Shown here piece by piece: positions 1 through 12,589 of a stretch of DNA of 64,000 bases. Each line of letters opens with the position of its first letter. The first letter of the stretch is position 1. The notes below the pieces were generated by a model. It searched no databases. It was not told where the DNA came from and was given only the letters and a program-made list of their open reading frames with translations. This DNA comes from Eledone cirrhosa (taxonomy: Eukaryota): assembly GCA_964016885.1 (NCBI GenBank), contig OZ024745.1, forward strand, positions 65,038,001 through 65,102,000, in the 5' to 3' direction. The translations under genes and the position numbers were made by a program.

Positions 1-702
1 CCATTTTTTATTTGGGGGATCCATTTTTTATTTGGGTGATCCATTTTTTATTTGGGTGATACATTTTTTATTTGGGGGATCCATTTTTTATTTGGGTGAT
101 CCATTGTTTATTTGGGTGATCCATTTTTTATTTGGGGGATCCATTTTTTATTTGGGTGATCCATTTTTTATTTGGGTGATCCATTTTTTATTTGGGGGGA
201 TCCATTTTTTATTTGGGTGATCCATTTTTTATTTGGGGGATCCATTTTTTATTTGGGTGATCCATTTTTTATTTGGGTGATCCATTTTTTATTTGGGTGA
301 TCCATTTTTTATTTGGGTGATCCATTTTTTATTTGGGGGATCCATTTTTTATTTGGGTGATCCATTTTTTATTTGGGTGATCCATTTTTTATTTGGGGGA
401 TCCATTTTTTATTTGGGTGATCCATTTTTTATTTGGGTGATCCATTTTTTATTTGGGGGATCCATTTTTTATTTGGGTGATCCATTTTTTATTTGGGGGA
501 TCCTTTTTTTATTTGGGTGATCCATTTTTTATTTGGGTGATCCATTTTTTATTTGGGGGATCCATTTTTTATTTGGGTGATCCATTTTTTATTTGGGTGA
601 TCCATTTTTTATTTGGGGGATCCATTTTTTATTTGGGTGATCCATTTTTTATTTGGGGGATTCATTTTTAATTTGGGTGATCCATTTTTTATTTGGGGGA
701 TC

Positions 703-1299
703 CATTTTTTATTTGGGTGATCCATTTTTTATTTGGGTGATCCATTTTTTAATTGGGTGATCCATTTTTTATTTGGGGGATCCATTTTTTATTTGGGTGA
801 TCCATTTTTTAGTTGGGTGGTCCATTTTCTATTTGGGTGATCCATTTTTTATTTGGGGGATCCATTTTTTATTTGGGTGATCCATTTTTTATTTGGGAAT
901 CCATTTTTTATTTGGGTGAGCCATTTTTTATTTGGGTGATCCATTTTTTATTTGGGGGATCCATTTTTTATTTGGGTGATCCATTTTTTATTTGGGGGAT
1001 CCATTTTTTATTTGGGGGATTCATTTTTTATTTGGGTGATCCATTTTTTATTTGGGTGATCCATTTTTTAATTGGGTGATCCATTTTTTATTTGGGGGAT
1101 CCATTTTTTATTTGGGTGATCCATTTTTTAGTTGGGTGGTCCATTTTCTATTTGGGTGATCCATTTTTTATTTGGGGGATCCATTTTTTATTTGGGTGAT
1201 CCATTTTTTATTTGGGAATCCATTTTTTATTTGGGTGAGCCATTTTTTATTTGGGTGATCCATTTTTTATTTGGGGGATCCATTTTTTATTTGGGTGAT
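703..1299 (+). repeat. 319-bp tandem duplication (16 monomers minus 1 bp)
   Basis: The series AATTGGG (751/1070), AGTTGGGTGGTCCATTTTCT and GGGAATCC/GGTGAGCC repeats at offset 319. ORFs 813/1132 agree. Confidence 0.8.
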
Positions 1300-2799
1300 T
1301 CATTTTTTATTTGGGGGGTCCATTTTTTATTTGGGGGATCCATTTTTATTTGGGTGATCCATTTTCTATTTGGGGGATCCATTTTTTATTTGGGTGATCC
1401 ATTTTTTATTTGGGTTGATCCCTTTTTTATTTGGGGGATCCATTTTTTATTTGGGTGATCCATTTTTTATTTGGGGGATCCATTTTTTATTTGGGTGATC
1501 CATTTTTTATTTGAGGGATCCATTTTATATTTGGGTGATCCATTTTTTATTTGGGGGATCCATTATTTATTTGGGTGATCCATTTTTTATTTGGGTGATC
1601 CATTTTTTTATTTGGGTGATCCATTTTTTATTTGGGTGATCCATTTTTTATTTGGGTGATACATTTTTTATTTGGGGGATCCATTTTTTATTTGGGTGAT
1701 CCATTTTTTATTTGAGGGATCCATTTTATATTTGGGTGATCCATTTTTTATTTGGGTGATCCATTTTTTATTTGGGGGATCCATTTTTTATTTGGGGGAT
1801 CCATTTTTTATTTGGGGGATCCATTTTTTATTTGGGGGATCCATTTTTTATTTCGGGGATCCATTTTTTATTTGGGTGATTCATTTTTTATTTGGGGGAT
1901 CCATTTTTTATTTGGGTGATCCATTTTTTTAATTTGGGGGTCCATTTTTTATTTGGGTGATCCATTTTTTATTTGGGTGATCCATTTTTTAATTGGGTGA
2001 TCCATTTTTATTTGGGTGATCCATTTTTTACTTGGGGGATCCATTTTTTATTTGGGGGATCCTTTTTTTATTTGGGTGATCCATTTTTTATTTGGGTGAT
2101 CCATCTTTTATTTGGGGGATTCATTTTTTATTTGGGTGATCCATTTTTTATTTGGGTGATCCATTTTTTATTTGGGGGATCCATTTTTTATTTGGGGGAT
2201 CCATTTTTTATTTGGGGGATCCATTTTTTATTTGGGGGATCCATTTTTTATTTGGGTGATCCATTTTTTATATGGGTGATCCATTTTTTATTTGGGGGGA
2301 TCCATTTTTAATTTGGGTGATCCATTTTTTATTTGGGGGATCCATTTTTTATTTGGGTGATCCATTTTTTATTTGGGGGATTCATTTTTTATTTGGGTGA
2401 TCCATTTTTTATTTGGGTGATCCATTTTTTAATTGGGTGATCCATTTTTTATTTGGGGGATCCATTTTTTATTTGGGTGATCCATTTTTTAGTTGGGTGG
2501 TCCATTTTTTATTTGGGTGATCCATTTTTTATTTGGGGGATCCATTTTTTATTTGGGTGATCCATTTTTGATTTGGGAATCCATTTTTTATTTGGGTGAG
2601 CCATTTTTTATTTGGGTGATCCATTTTTTATTTGGGGGATCCATTTTTTATTTGGGTGATTCATTTTTTATTTGGGGGGTCCATTTTTTATTTGGGGGAT
2701 CCATTTTTATTTGGGTGATCCATTTTCTATTTGGGGGATCCATTTTTTATTTGGGTGATCCATTTTTTATTTGGGTTGATCCCTTTTTTATTTGGGGGA

Positions 2800-4570
2800 T
2801 CCATTTTTTATTTGGGTGATCCATTTTTTATTTGGGGGATCCATTTTTTATTTGGGTGATCCATTTTTTATTTGAGGGATCCATTTTATATTTGGGTGAT
2901 CCATTTTTTATTTGGGGGATCCATTATTTATTTGGGTGATCCATTTTTTATTTGGGTGATCCATTTTTTTATTTGGGTGATCCATTTTTTATTTGGGTGA
3001 TCCATTTTTTATTTGGGTGATACATTTTTTATTTGGGGGATCCATTTTTTATTTGGGTGATCCATTTTTTATTTGGGTGATCCATTTTTTATTTGAGGGA
3101 TCCATTTTATATTTGGGTGATCCATTTTTTATTTGGGTGATCCATTTTTTATTTGGGGGGGTCCATTTTTTATTTGGGGGATCCATTTTTTATTTGGGGG
3201 ATCCATTTTTTATTTGGGGGATCCATTTTTTATTTCGGGGATCCATTTTTTATTTGGGTGATTCATTTTTTATTTGGGGGATCCATTTTTTATTTGGGTG
3301 ATCCATTTTTTTAATTTGGGGGTCCATTTTTTATTTGGGTGATCCATTTTTTATTTGGGTGATCCATTTTTTAATTGGGTGATCCATTTTTATTTGGGTG
3401 ATCCATTTTTTACTTGGGGGATCCATTTTTTATTTGGGTGATCCATTTTTTATTTTGCTGATTCATTTTTTATTTGGGTGATCCATTTTTTATTTGGGGG
3501 ATCCATTTTTTATTTGGGTGAACCATTTTTTATTTGGGGGATCCATTTTTTATTTGGGTGATCCATTTTTTATTTGGGTGATCCATTTTTTATTTGGGGG
3601 ATCCATTTTTTATTTGGGTGATCCATTTTTTTATTTGGGTGATCCATTTTTTATTTGGGTGATCCATTTTTTATTTGGGTGATACATTTTTTATTTGGGG
3701 GATCCATTTTTTATTTGGGTGATCCATTTTTTATTTGGGTGATCCATTTTTTATTTGAGGGATCCATTTTATATTTGGGTGATCCATTTTTTATTTGGGG
3801 GATCCATTTTTTATTTGGGTGATCCATTTTTTATTTGGGGGATCCATTTTTTATTTGGGTGATCCATTTTTTATTTGAGGGATCCATTTTATATTTGGGT
3901 GATCCATTTTTTATTTGGGGGATCCATTATTTATTTGGGTGATCCATTTTTTATTTGGGTGATCCATTTTTTTATTTGGGTGATCCATTTTTTATTTGGG
4001 TGATCCATTTTTTATTTGGGTGATACATTTTTTATTTGGGGGATCCATTTTTTATTTGGGTGATCCATTTTTTATTTGGGTGATCCATTTTTTATTTGAG
4101 GGATCCATTTTATATTTGGGTGATCCATTTTTTATTTGGGTGATCCATTTTTTATTTGGGGGATCCATTTTTTATTTGGGGGATCCATTTTTTATTTGGG
4201 GGATCCATTTTTTATTTGGGGGATCCATTTTTAATTTCGGGGATCCATTTTTTATTTGGGTGATTCATTTTTTATTTGGGGGATCCATTTTTTATTTGGG
4301 TGATCCATTTTTTTAATTTGGGGGTCCATTTTTTATTTGGGTGATCCATTTTTTATTTGGGTGATCCATTTTTTAATTGGGTGATCCATTTTTATTTGGG
4401 TGATCCATTTTTTACTTGGGGGATCCATTTTTTATTTGGGTGATCCATTTTTTATTTTGCTGATTCATTTTTTATTTGGGTGATCCATTTTTTATTTGGG
4501 GGATCCATTTTTTATTTGGGTGAACCATTTTTTATTTGGGGGATCCATTTTTTATTTGGGTGATCCATTT
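2800..4570 (+). repeat. About 1,002-bp tandem duplication
   Basis: ORFs 2993/3996. The TTTTGCTGATTC marker lies at about 3453 and 4455, with the same order of GAGGG, CATTATTT, T7, GATAC and TTCGGGG variants. Confidence 0.75.
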
Positions 4571-5646
4571 TTTATTTGGGGGATCCATTTTTTATTTGGG
4601 TGATCTATTTTTTATTTGGGGGATTCATTTTTTATTTGGGTGATCCATTTTTTATTAGGGGGGTCCATTTTTTATTTGGGTGATCCATTTTTATTTGGAG
4701 ATCCATTTTTTATTTAGGTGATCCATTTTATAATTGGGTGATCCATTTTTTATTTGGGTGATCCATTTTTTATTTGGGGGATCCATTTTTTATTTGGAGG
4801 ATCCATTTTTTATTTGGGTGATCCATTTTTTATTTGGGTGATCCATTTTTTATTTGAGGGACCCATTTTATATTTGGGTGATCCATTTTTTATTTGGGTG
4901 ATCCATTTTTTATTTGGGGGATCCATTTTTTATTTGGGGGATCCATTTTTTATTTGGGGGATCCATTTTTTATTTGGGGGATCCATTTTTTATTTCGGGG
5001 ATCCATTTTTTATTTGGGTGATTCATTTTTTATTTGGGGGATCCATTTTTTATTTGGGTGATCCATTTTTTTTATTTGGGGGTCCATTTTTTATTTGGGT
5101 GATCCATTTTTTATTTGGGTGATCCATTTTTTAATTGGGTGATCCATTTTTATTTGGGTGATCCATTTTTTACTTGGGGGATCCATTTTTTATTTGGGTG
5201 ATCCATTTTTTATTTTGCTGATTCATTTTTTATTTGGGTGATCCATTTTTTATTTGGGGGATCCATTTTTTATTTGGGTGAACCATTTTTTATTTGGGGG
5301 ATCCATTTTTTATTTGGGTGATCCATTTTTTATTTGGGTGATCCATTTTTTATTTGGGTGATCCATTTTTTATTTGGGGGATCCATTTTTTATTTGGGGG
5401 ATCCATTTTTTATTTGGGTGATCCATTTTTATTTGGAGATCCATTTTGTATTTGGGTGATCCATTTTGTATTTGGGGGATCCATTTTTTAATTGGGTGAT
5501 CCATTTTTTATTTGGGGGATCCATTTTTTATTTGGGGGATCCATTTTTTATTTGGGGGATCCATTGTTTATTTGGTTGATCCATTTTTTATTTGGGTGAT
5601 CCATTTTTTATTTGGGGGATCCATTTTTTATTTGGGTGATCCATTT

Positions 5647-8600
5647 TTTATTTGGGTGATCCATTTTTTATTTGGGGGATCCTTTTTTTATTTGGGTGAT
5701 CCATTTTTTATTTGGGTGATCCATTTTTTATTTGGGGGATCCATTTTTTATTTGGGTGATCCATTTTTTATTTGGGTGATACATTTTTTATTTGGGGGAT
5801 CCATTTTTTATTTGGGTGATCCATTTTTTATTTGGGGGATCCATTTTTTATTTGGGGGATCCATTTTTTATTTGGGTGATCCATTTTTTATTTGGGTGAT
5901 CCATTTTTTATTTGGGGGGATCCATTTTTTATTTGGGTGATCCATTTTTTATTTGGGGGATCCATTTTTTATTTGGGTGATCCATTTTTTATTTGGGGGA
6001 TCCATTTTTTATTTGGGTGATCCATTTTTTATTTGGGTGATCCATTTTTTAATTGGGTGATCCATTTTTTATTTGGGGGATCCATTTTTTATTTGGGTGA
6101 TCCATTTTTTAGTTGGGTGGTCCATTTTTTATTTGGTTGATCCATTTTTTATTTGGGGGGTCCATTTTTTATTTGGGGGATCCATTTTTATTTGGGTGAT
6201 CCATTTTATATTTGGGGGATCCATTTTTTATTTGGGTGATCCATTTTTTATTTGGGTTGATCCCTTTTTTATTTGGGGGATCCATTTTTTATTTGGGTGA
6301 TCCATTTTTTATTTGGAGGATCCACTTTTTATTTGGGTGATCCATTTTTTATTTGAGGGATCCATTTTATATTTGGGTGATCCATTTTTTATTTGGGGGA
6401 TCCATTATTTATTTGGGTGATCCATTTTTTATTTGGGTGATCCATTTTTTATTTGGGTGATCCATTTTTTATTTGGGTGATCCATTTTTTATTTGGGTGA
6501 TCCATTTTTTATTTGGGGGATCCATTTTTTATTTGGGTGATCCATTTTTTATTTGGGGATCCATTTTTTATTTGGGTGATCCATTTTTTATTTGGGTGAT
6601 CCATTTTTTATTTGGGGGATACATTTTTTATTTGGGTGATCCATTTTTTATTTGGGGGGGTCCATTTTTTATTTGGGGGATCCATTTTTATTTGGGTGAT
6701 CCATTTTTTATTTGGGGGATCCATTTTTTATTTGGGTGATCCCTTTTTTATTTGGGGGATCCATTTTTTATTTGGGTGATCCATTTTTTATTTGGGGGAT
6801 CCATTTTTTATTTGGGGGATTCATTTTTTATTTGGGTGATCCATTTTTTATTAGGGGGATCCATTTTTTATTTGGGTGATCCATTTTTATTTGGAGATCC
6901 ATTTTTTATTTAGGTGATCCATTTTATAATTGGGTGATCAATTTTTTATTTGGGGGATCCATTTTTTATTTGGGGGATCCATTATTTATTTGGGTGATCC
7001 ATTTTTTATTTGGGTGATCCATTTTTTATTTGGGTGATCCATTTTTTATTTGGGTGATCCATTTTTTATTTGGGTGATCCATTTTTTATTTGGGGGATCC
7101 ATTTTTTATTTGGGTGATCCATTTTTTATTTGGGGGATCCATTTTTTATTTGGGTGATCCATTTTTTATTTGGGGGATCCATTTTTTATTTCGGGGATCC
7201 ATTTTATATTTGGGTGATTCATTTTTTATTTGGGGGATCCATTTTTTATTTTGGGTGATCCATTTTTTATTAGGGGGATCCATTTTTTATTTGGGTGATC
7301 CATTTTTATTTGTAGATCCATTTTTTATTTGGGTGATCCATTTTTTAATTGGATGATCCATTTTTTATTTGGGGGATCCATTTTTTATTTGGGGGATCCA
7401 TTATTTATTTGGGTGATCCATTTTTTATTTGGGTGATCCATTTTTTATTCGGGGGATCCATTTTTTATTTGGGTGATCCATTTTTTATTTGGGTGATCCA
7501 TTTTTTAATTGGGGATCCATTTTTTATTTAGTTGATCCATTTTTTAATTGGGTGATGCATTTTTTATTTGGGGGATCCATTTTTTATTTGGGGGATCCAT
7601 TTTTTATTTGGGGGATCCATTGTTTATTTGGGTGATCCATTTTTTATTTGGGTGATCCATTTTTTATTTGGGGGATCCATTTTGTATTTGGGTGATCCAT
7701 TTTTTATTTGGGTGATCCATTTTTTATTTGGGTGATCCATTTTTTATTTGTGGGATCCATTTTTTATTTGGGTGATCCATTTTTTATTTGGGGGATCCTT
7801 TTTTTATTTGGGTGATCCATTTTTTATTTGGGTGATCCATTTTTTATTTGGGGGATCCATTTTTTATTTGGGTGATCCATTTTTTATTTGGGTGATCCAT
7901 TTTTTATTTGGGGGATCCATTTTTTATTTGGGTGATCCATTTTTTATTTGGGGGATCCATTTTTTATTTGGGGGATCCATTTTTTATTTGGGTGATCCAT
8001 TTTTTATATGGGTGATCCATTTTTTATTTGGGGGGATCCATTTTTAATTTGGGTGATCCATTTTTTATTTGGGGGATACATTTTTTATTTGGGTGATCCA
8101 TTTTTTATTTGGGGGATCCATTTTTTATTTGGGTGATCCATTTTTTATTTGGGTGATCCATTTTTTAATTGGGTGATCCATTTTTTATTTGGGGGATCCA
8201 TTTTTTATTTGGGTGATCCATTTTTTAGTTGGGTGGTCCATTTTTTATTTGGGTGATCCATTTTTTATTTGGGGATCCATTTTTTATTTGGGTGATCCAT
8301 TTTTTATTTGGGGATCCATTTTTTATTTGGGTGATCCATTTTTTATTTGGGTGATCCATTTTTTATTTGGGGGATCCATTTTTTATTTGGGTGATTCATT
8401 TTTTAATTGGGGGGTCCATTTTTTATTTGGGGGATCCATTTTTATTTGGGTGATCCATTTTTTATTTGGGGGATCCATTTTTTATTTGGGTGATCTATTT
8501 TTTATTTGGGTTGATCCCTTTTTTATTTGCGGGATCCATTTTTTATTTGGGTGATCCATTTTTTATTTGGGGGATCCATTTTTTATTTGGGTGATCCATT

Positions 8601-11600
8601 TTTTATTTGAGGGATCCATTTTATATTTGGGTGATCCATTTTTTATTTGGGGGATCCATTATTTATTTGGGTGATCCATTTTTTATTTGGGTGATCCATT
8701 TTTTATTTGGGTGATCCATTTTTTATTTGGGTGATCCATTTTTTATTTGGGGATCCATTTTTTATTTGGGTGATCCATTTTTTATTTGGGTGATCCATTT
8801 TTTATTTGGGGGATCCATTTTTTATTTGGGTGATCCATTTTTTATTTGGGGATCCATTTTTTATTTGGGTGATCCATTTTTTATTTGGGTGATCCATTTT
8901 TTATTTGGGGGATCCATTTTTTATTTGGGTGATCCATTTTTTATTTGGGGGTCCATTTTTTATTTGGGGGATCCATTTTTATTTGGGTGATCCATTTTTT
9001 ATTTGGGGGATCCATTTTTTATTTGAGTGATCCATTTTTTATTTGGGTTGATCCCTTTTTTATTTGGGGGATCCATTTTTTATTTGGGTGATCCATTTTT
9101 TATTTGGGGGATCCATTTTTTATTTGGGGGATCCATTTTTTATTTGGTTGATCCATTTTTTATTAGGGGGATCCATATTTTATTTGGGTGATCCATTTTA
9201 ATTTGGAGATCCATTTTTTGTTTAGGTGATCCATTTTATAATTGGGTGATCCATTTTTTATTTGGGGGATCCATTTTTTATTTGGGGGATCCATTATTTA
9301 TTTGGGTGATCCATTTTTTATTTGGGTGATCCATTTTTTATTTGGGTGATCCATTTTTTATTTGGGTGATCCATTTTTTATTTGGGTGATCCATTTTTTA
9401 TTTGGGGGATCCATTTTTTATTTGGGTGATCCATTTTTTATTTGGGTGATCCATTTTTTATTTGAGGGATCCATTTTATATTTGGGTGATCCATTTTTTA
9501 TATGGGTGATCCATTTTTTATTTGGGGGATCCATTTTTTATTTGGGGGATCCATTTTTTATTTGGGGGATCCATTTTTTATTTCGGGGATCCATTTTTTA
9601 TTTCGGGGATCCATTTTTTATTTGGGTGATTCATTTTTTATTTGGGGGATCCATTTTTTATTTGGGTAATCCATTTTTTTTATTTGGGGGTCCATTTTTT
9701 ATTTGGGTGATCCATTTTTTATTTGGATGATCCATTTTTTAATTGGGTGATCCATTTTTATTTGGGTGATCCATTTTTTACTTGGGGGATCCATTTTTTA
9801 TTTGGGTGATCCATTTTTTATTTTGCTGATTCATTTTTTATTTGGGTGATCCATTTTTTATTTGGGGGATCCATTTTTTATTTGGGTGAACCATTTTTTA
9901 TTTGGGAGATCCATTTTTTATTTGGGTGATCCATTTTTTATTTGGGTGATCCATTTTTTATTTGGGGGATCCATTTTTTATTTGGGTGATCCATTTTTTA
10001 TTTGGGTGATCCATTTTTTATTTGGGGGATCCATTTTTTATTTGGGGGATCCATTTTTTATTTGGGTGATCCATTTTTATTTGGAGATCCATTTTGTATT
10101 TGGGTGATCCATTTTTTAATTGGGTGATCCATTTTTTATTTGGGTGATCCATTTTTTATTTGGGTGGTCCATTTTTTATTTGGGTGATCCATTTTTTATT
10201 TGGGGGATCGATTTTTTATTTGGGTGATCCATTTTTTATTTGGGGATCCATTTTTTATTTGGGTGATCCATTTTTTATTTGGGTGATCCATTTTTTATTT
10301 GGGGGATCCATTATTTATTTGGGTGATCCATTTTTTATTTGGGTGATCCATTTTTTATTTGGGGGATCCATTTTTTATTTGGGTGATCCATTTTTTATTT
10401 GGGTGATCCATTTTTTATTTGGGGGATCCATTTTTTATTTGGGGGATCCATTTTTTATTTGGGTGATCCATTTTTATTTGGAGATCCATTTTGTATTTGG
10501 GTGATCCATTTTTAATTTGGGTGATCCATTTTTTATTTGGGGGATCCATTTTTTATTTGGGTGATCCATTTTTTATTTGGGTGATCCATTTTTTATTTGG
10601 GGATCCATTTTTTATTTGGGTGATCCATTTTTTATTTGGGTGATCCATTTTTTATTTGGGGGATACATTTTTTATTTGGGTGCTCCATTTTTTATTTGGG
10701 GGGTCCATTTTTTATTTGGGGGATCCATTTTTATTTGGGTGATCCATTTTTTATTTGGGGGATCCATTTTTTATTTGGGTGATCCCTTTTTTATTTGGGG
10801 GATCCATTTTTTATTTGGGTGATCCTTTTTTTATTTGGGGGATCCATTTTTTATTTGGGGGATTCATTTTTTATTTGGGTGATCCATTTTTTATTAGGGG
10901 GATCCATTTTTTATTTGGGTGATCCATTTTTATTTGGAGATACATTTTTTATTTAGGTGATCCATTTTATAATTGGGTGATCCATTTTTTATTTGGGGGA
11001 TCCATTTTTTATTTGGAGGATCCATTATTTATTTGGGTGATCCATTTTTTATTTGGGTGATCCATTTTTTATTTGGGTGATCCATTTTTTATTTGGGTTG
11101 ATCCCTTTTTTATTTGGGGGATCCATTTTTTATTTGGGTGATCCATTTTTTATTTTGGGGATTCATTTTTTATTTGGGTGATCCATTTTTTATTTGGGTG
11201 ATCCATTTTTTATTTGGGTGATCCATTTTTTATTTGGGTGATCCATTTTTTATTTGGGTGATCCATTTTTTATTTGAGGGACCCATTTTATATTTGGGTG
11301 ATCCATTTTTTATTTGGGTGATCCATTTTTTATTTGGGGGATCCCTTTTTTATTTGGGGGATCCATTTTTTATTTGGGGGATCCATTTTTTATTTGGGGG
11401 ATCCATTTTTTATTTCGGGGATCCATTTTTTATTTGGGTGATTCATTTTTTATTTGGGGGATCCATTTTTTATTTGGGTGATCCATTTTTTTTATTTGGG
11501 GGTCCATTTTTTATTTGGGTGATCCATTTTTTATTTGGGTGATCCATTTTTTAATTGGGTGATCCATTTTTATTTGGGTGATCCATTTTTTGCTTGGGGG

Positions 11601-12007
11601 ATCCATTTTTTATTTGGGTGATCCATTTTTTATTTTGCTGATTCATTTTTTATTTGGGTGATCCATTTTTTATTTGGGGGATCCATTTTTTATTTGGGTG
11701 AACCATATTTTATTTGGGGGGATCCATTTTTTATTTGGGTGATCCATTTTTTATTTGGGTGATCCATTTTTTATTTGGGGGATCCATTTTTTATTTGGGT
11801 GATCCATTTTTTATTTGGGGGATCCATTTTTTATTTGGGGGATTCATTTTTTATTTGGGTGATCCATTTTTTATTAGGGGGATCCATTTTTTATTTGGGT
11901 GATCCATTTTTATTTGGAGATCCATTTTTTATTTAGGTGATCCATTTTATAATTGGGTGATCCATTTTTTATTTGGGGGATCCATTTTTTATTTGGAGGA
12001 TCCATTA
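5647..12007 (+). repeat. 6,361-bp HOR unit B, copy 1 (followed by a partial copy at 12008-12617)
   Basis: ORF offset 6073/12434 = 6361. The variant order matches 17406-23766 and 23767-30157. Confidence 0.88.
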
Positions 12008-12589
12008 TTTATTTGGGTGATCCATTTTTTATTTGGGGGATCCTTTTTTTATTTGGGTGATCCATTTTTTATTTGGGTGATCCATTTTTTATTTGGGGGA
12101 TCCATTTTTTATTTGGGTGATCCATTTTTTATTTGGGTGATACATTTTTTATTTGGGGGATCCATTTTTTATTTGGGTGATCCATTTTTTATTTGGGGGA
12201 TCCATTTTTTATTTGGGGGATCCATTTTTTATTTGGGTGATCCATTTTTTATTTGGGTGATCCATTTTTTATTTGGGGGGATCCATTTTTTATTTGGGTG
12301 ATCCATTTTTTATTTGGGGGATCCATTTTTTATTTGGGTGATCCATTTTTTATTTGGGGGATCCATTTTTTATTTGGGTGATCCATTTTTTATTTGGGTG
12401 ATCCATTTTTTAATTGGGTGATCCATTTTTTATTTGGGGGATCCATTTTTTATTTGGGTGATCCATTTTTTAGTTGGGTGGTCCATTTTTTATTTGGTTG
12501 ATCCATTTTTTATTTGGGGGGTCCATTTTTTATTTGGGGGATCCATTTTTATTTGGGTGATCCATTTTATATTTGGGGGATCCATTTTT

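Larger units (their letters stand above)
830..12589 (+). repeat. 11.76-kb higher-order repeat, copy 1 (about 588 monomers)
   Basis: ORF translations recur at a constant offset of 11760 (1132/12892, 1672/13432) and then 11759 (1973/13732, 5512/17271, 9362/21121, 11957/23716, 12434/24193). Rare variants are shared, e.g. GGGAATCC..GGTGAGCC, CCATCTTTT and GATCGA. Confidence 0.93.
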
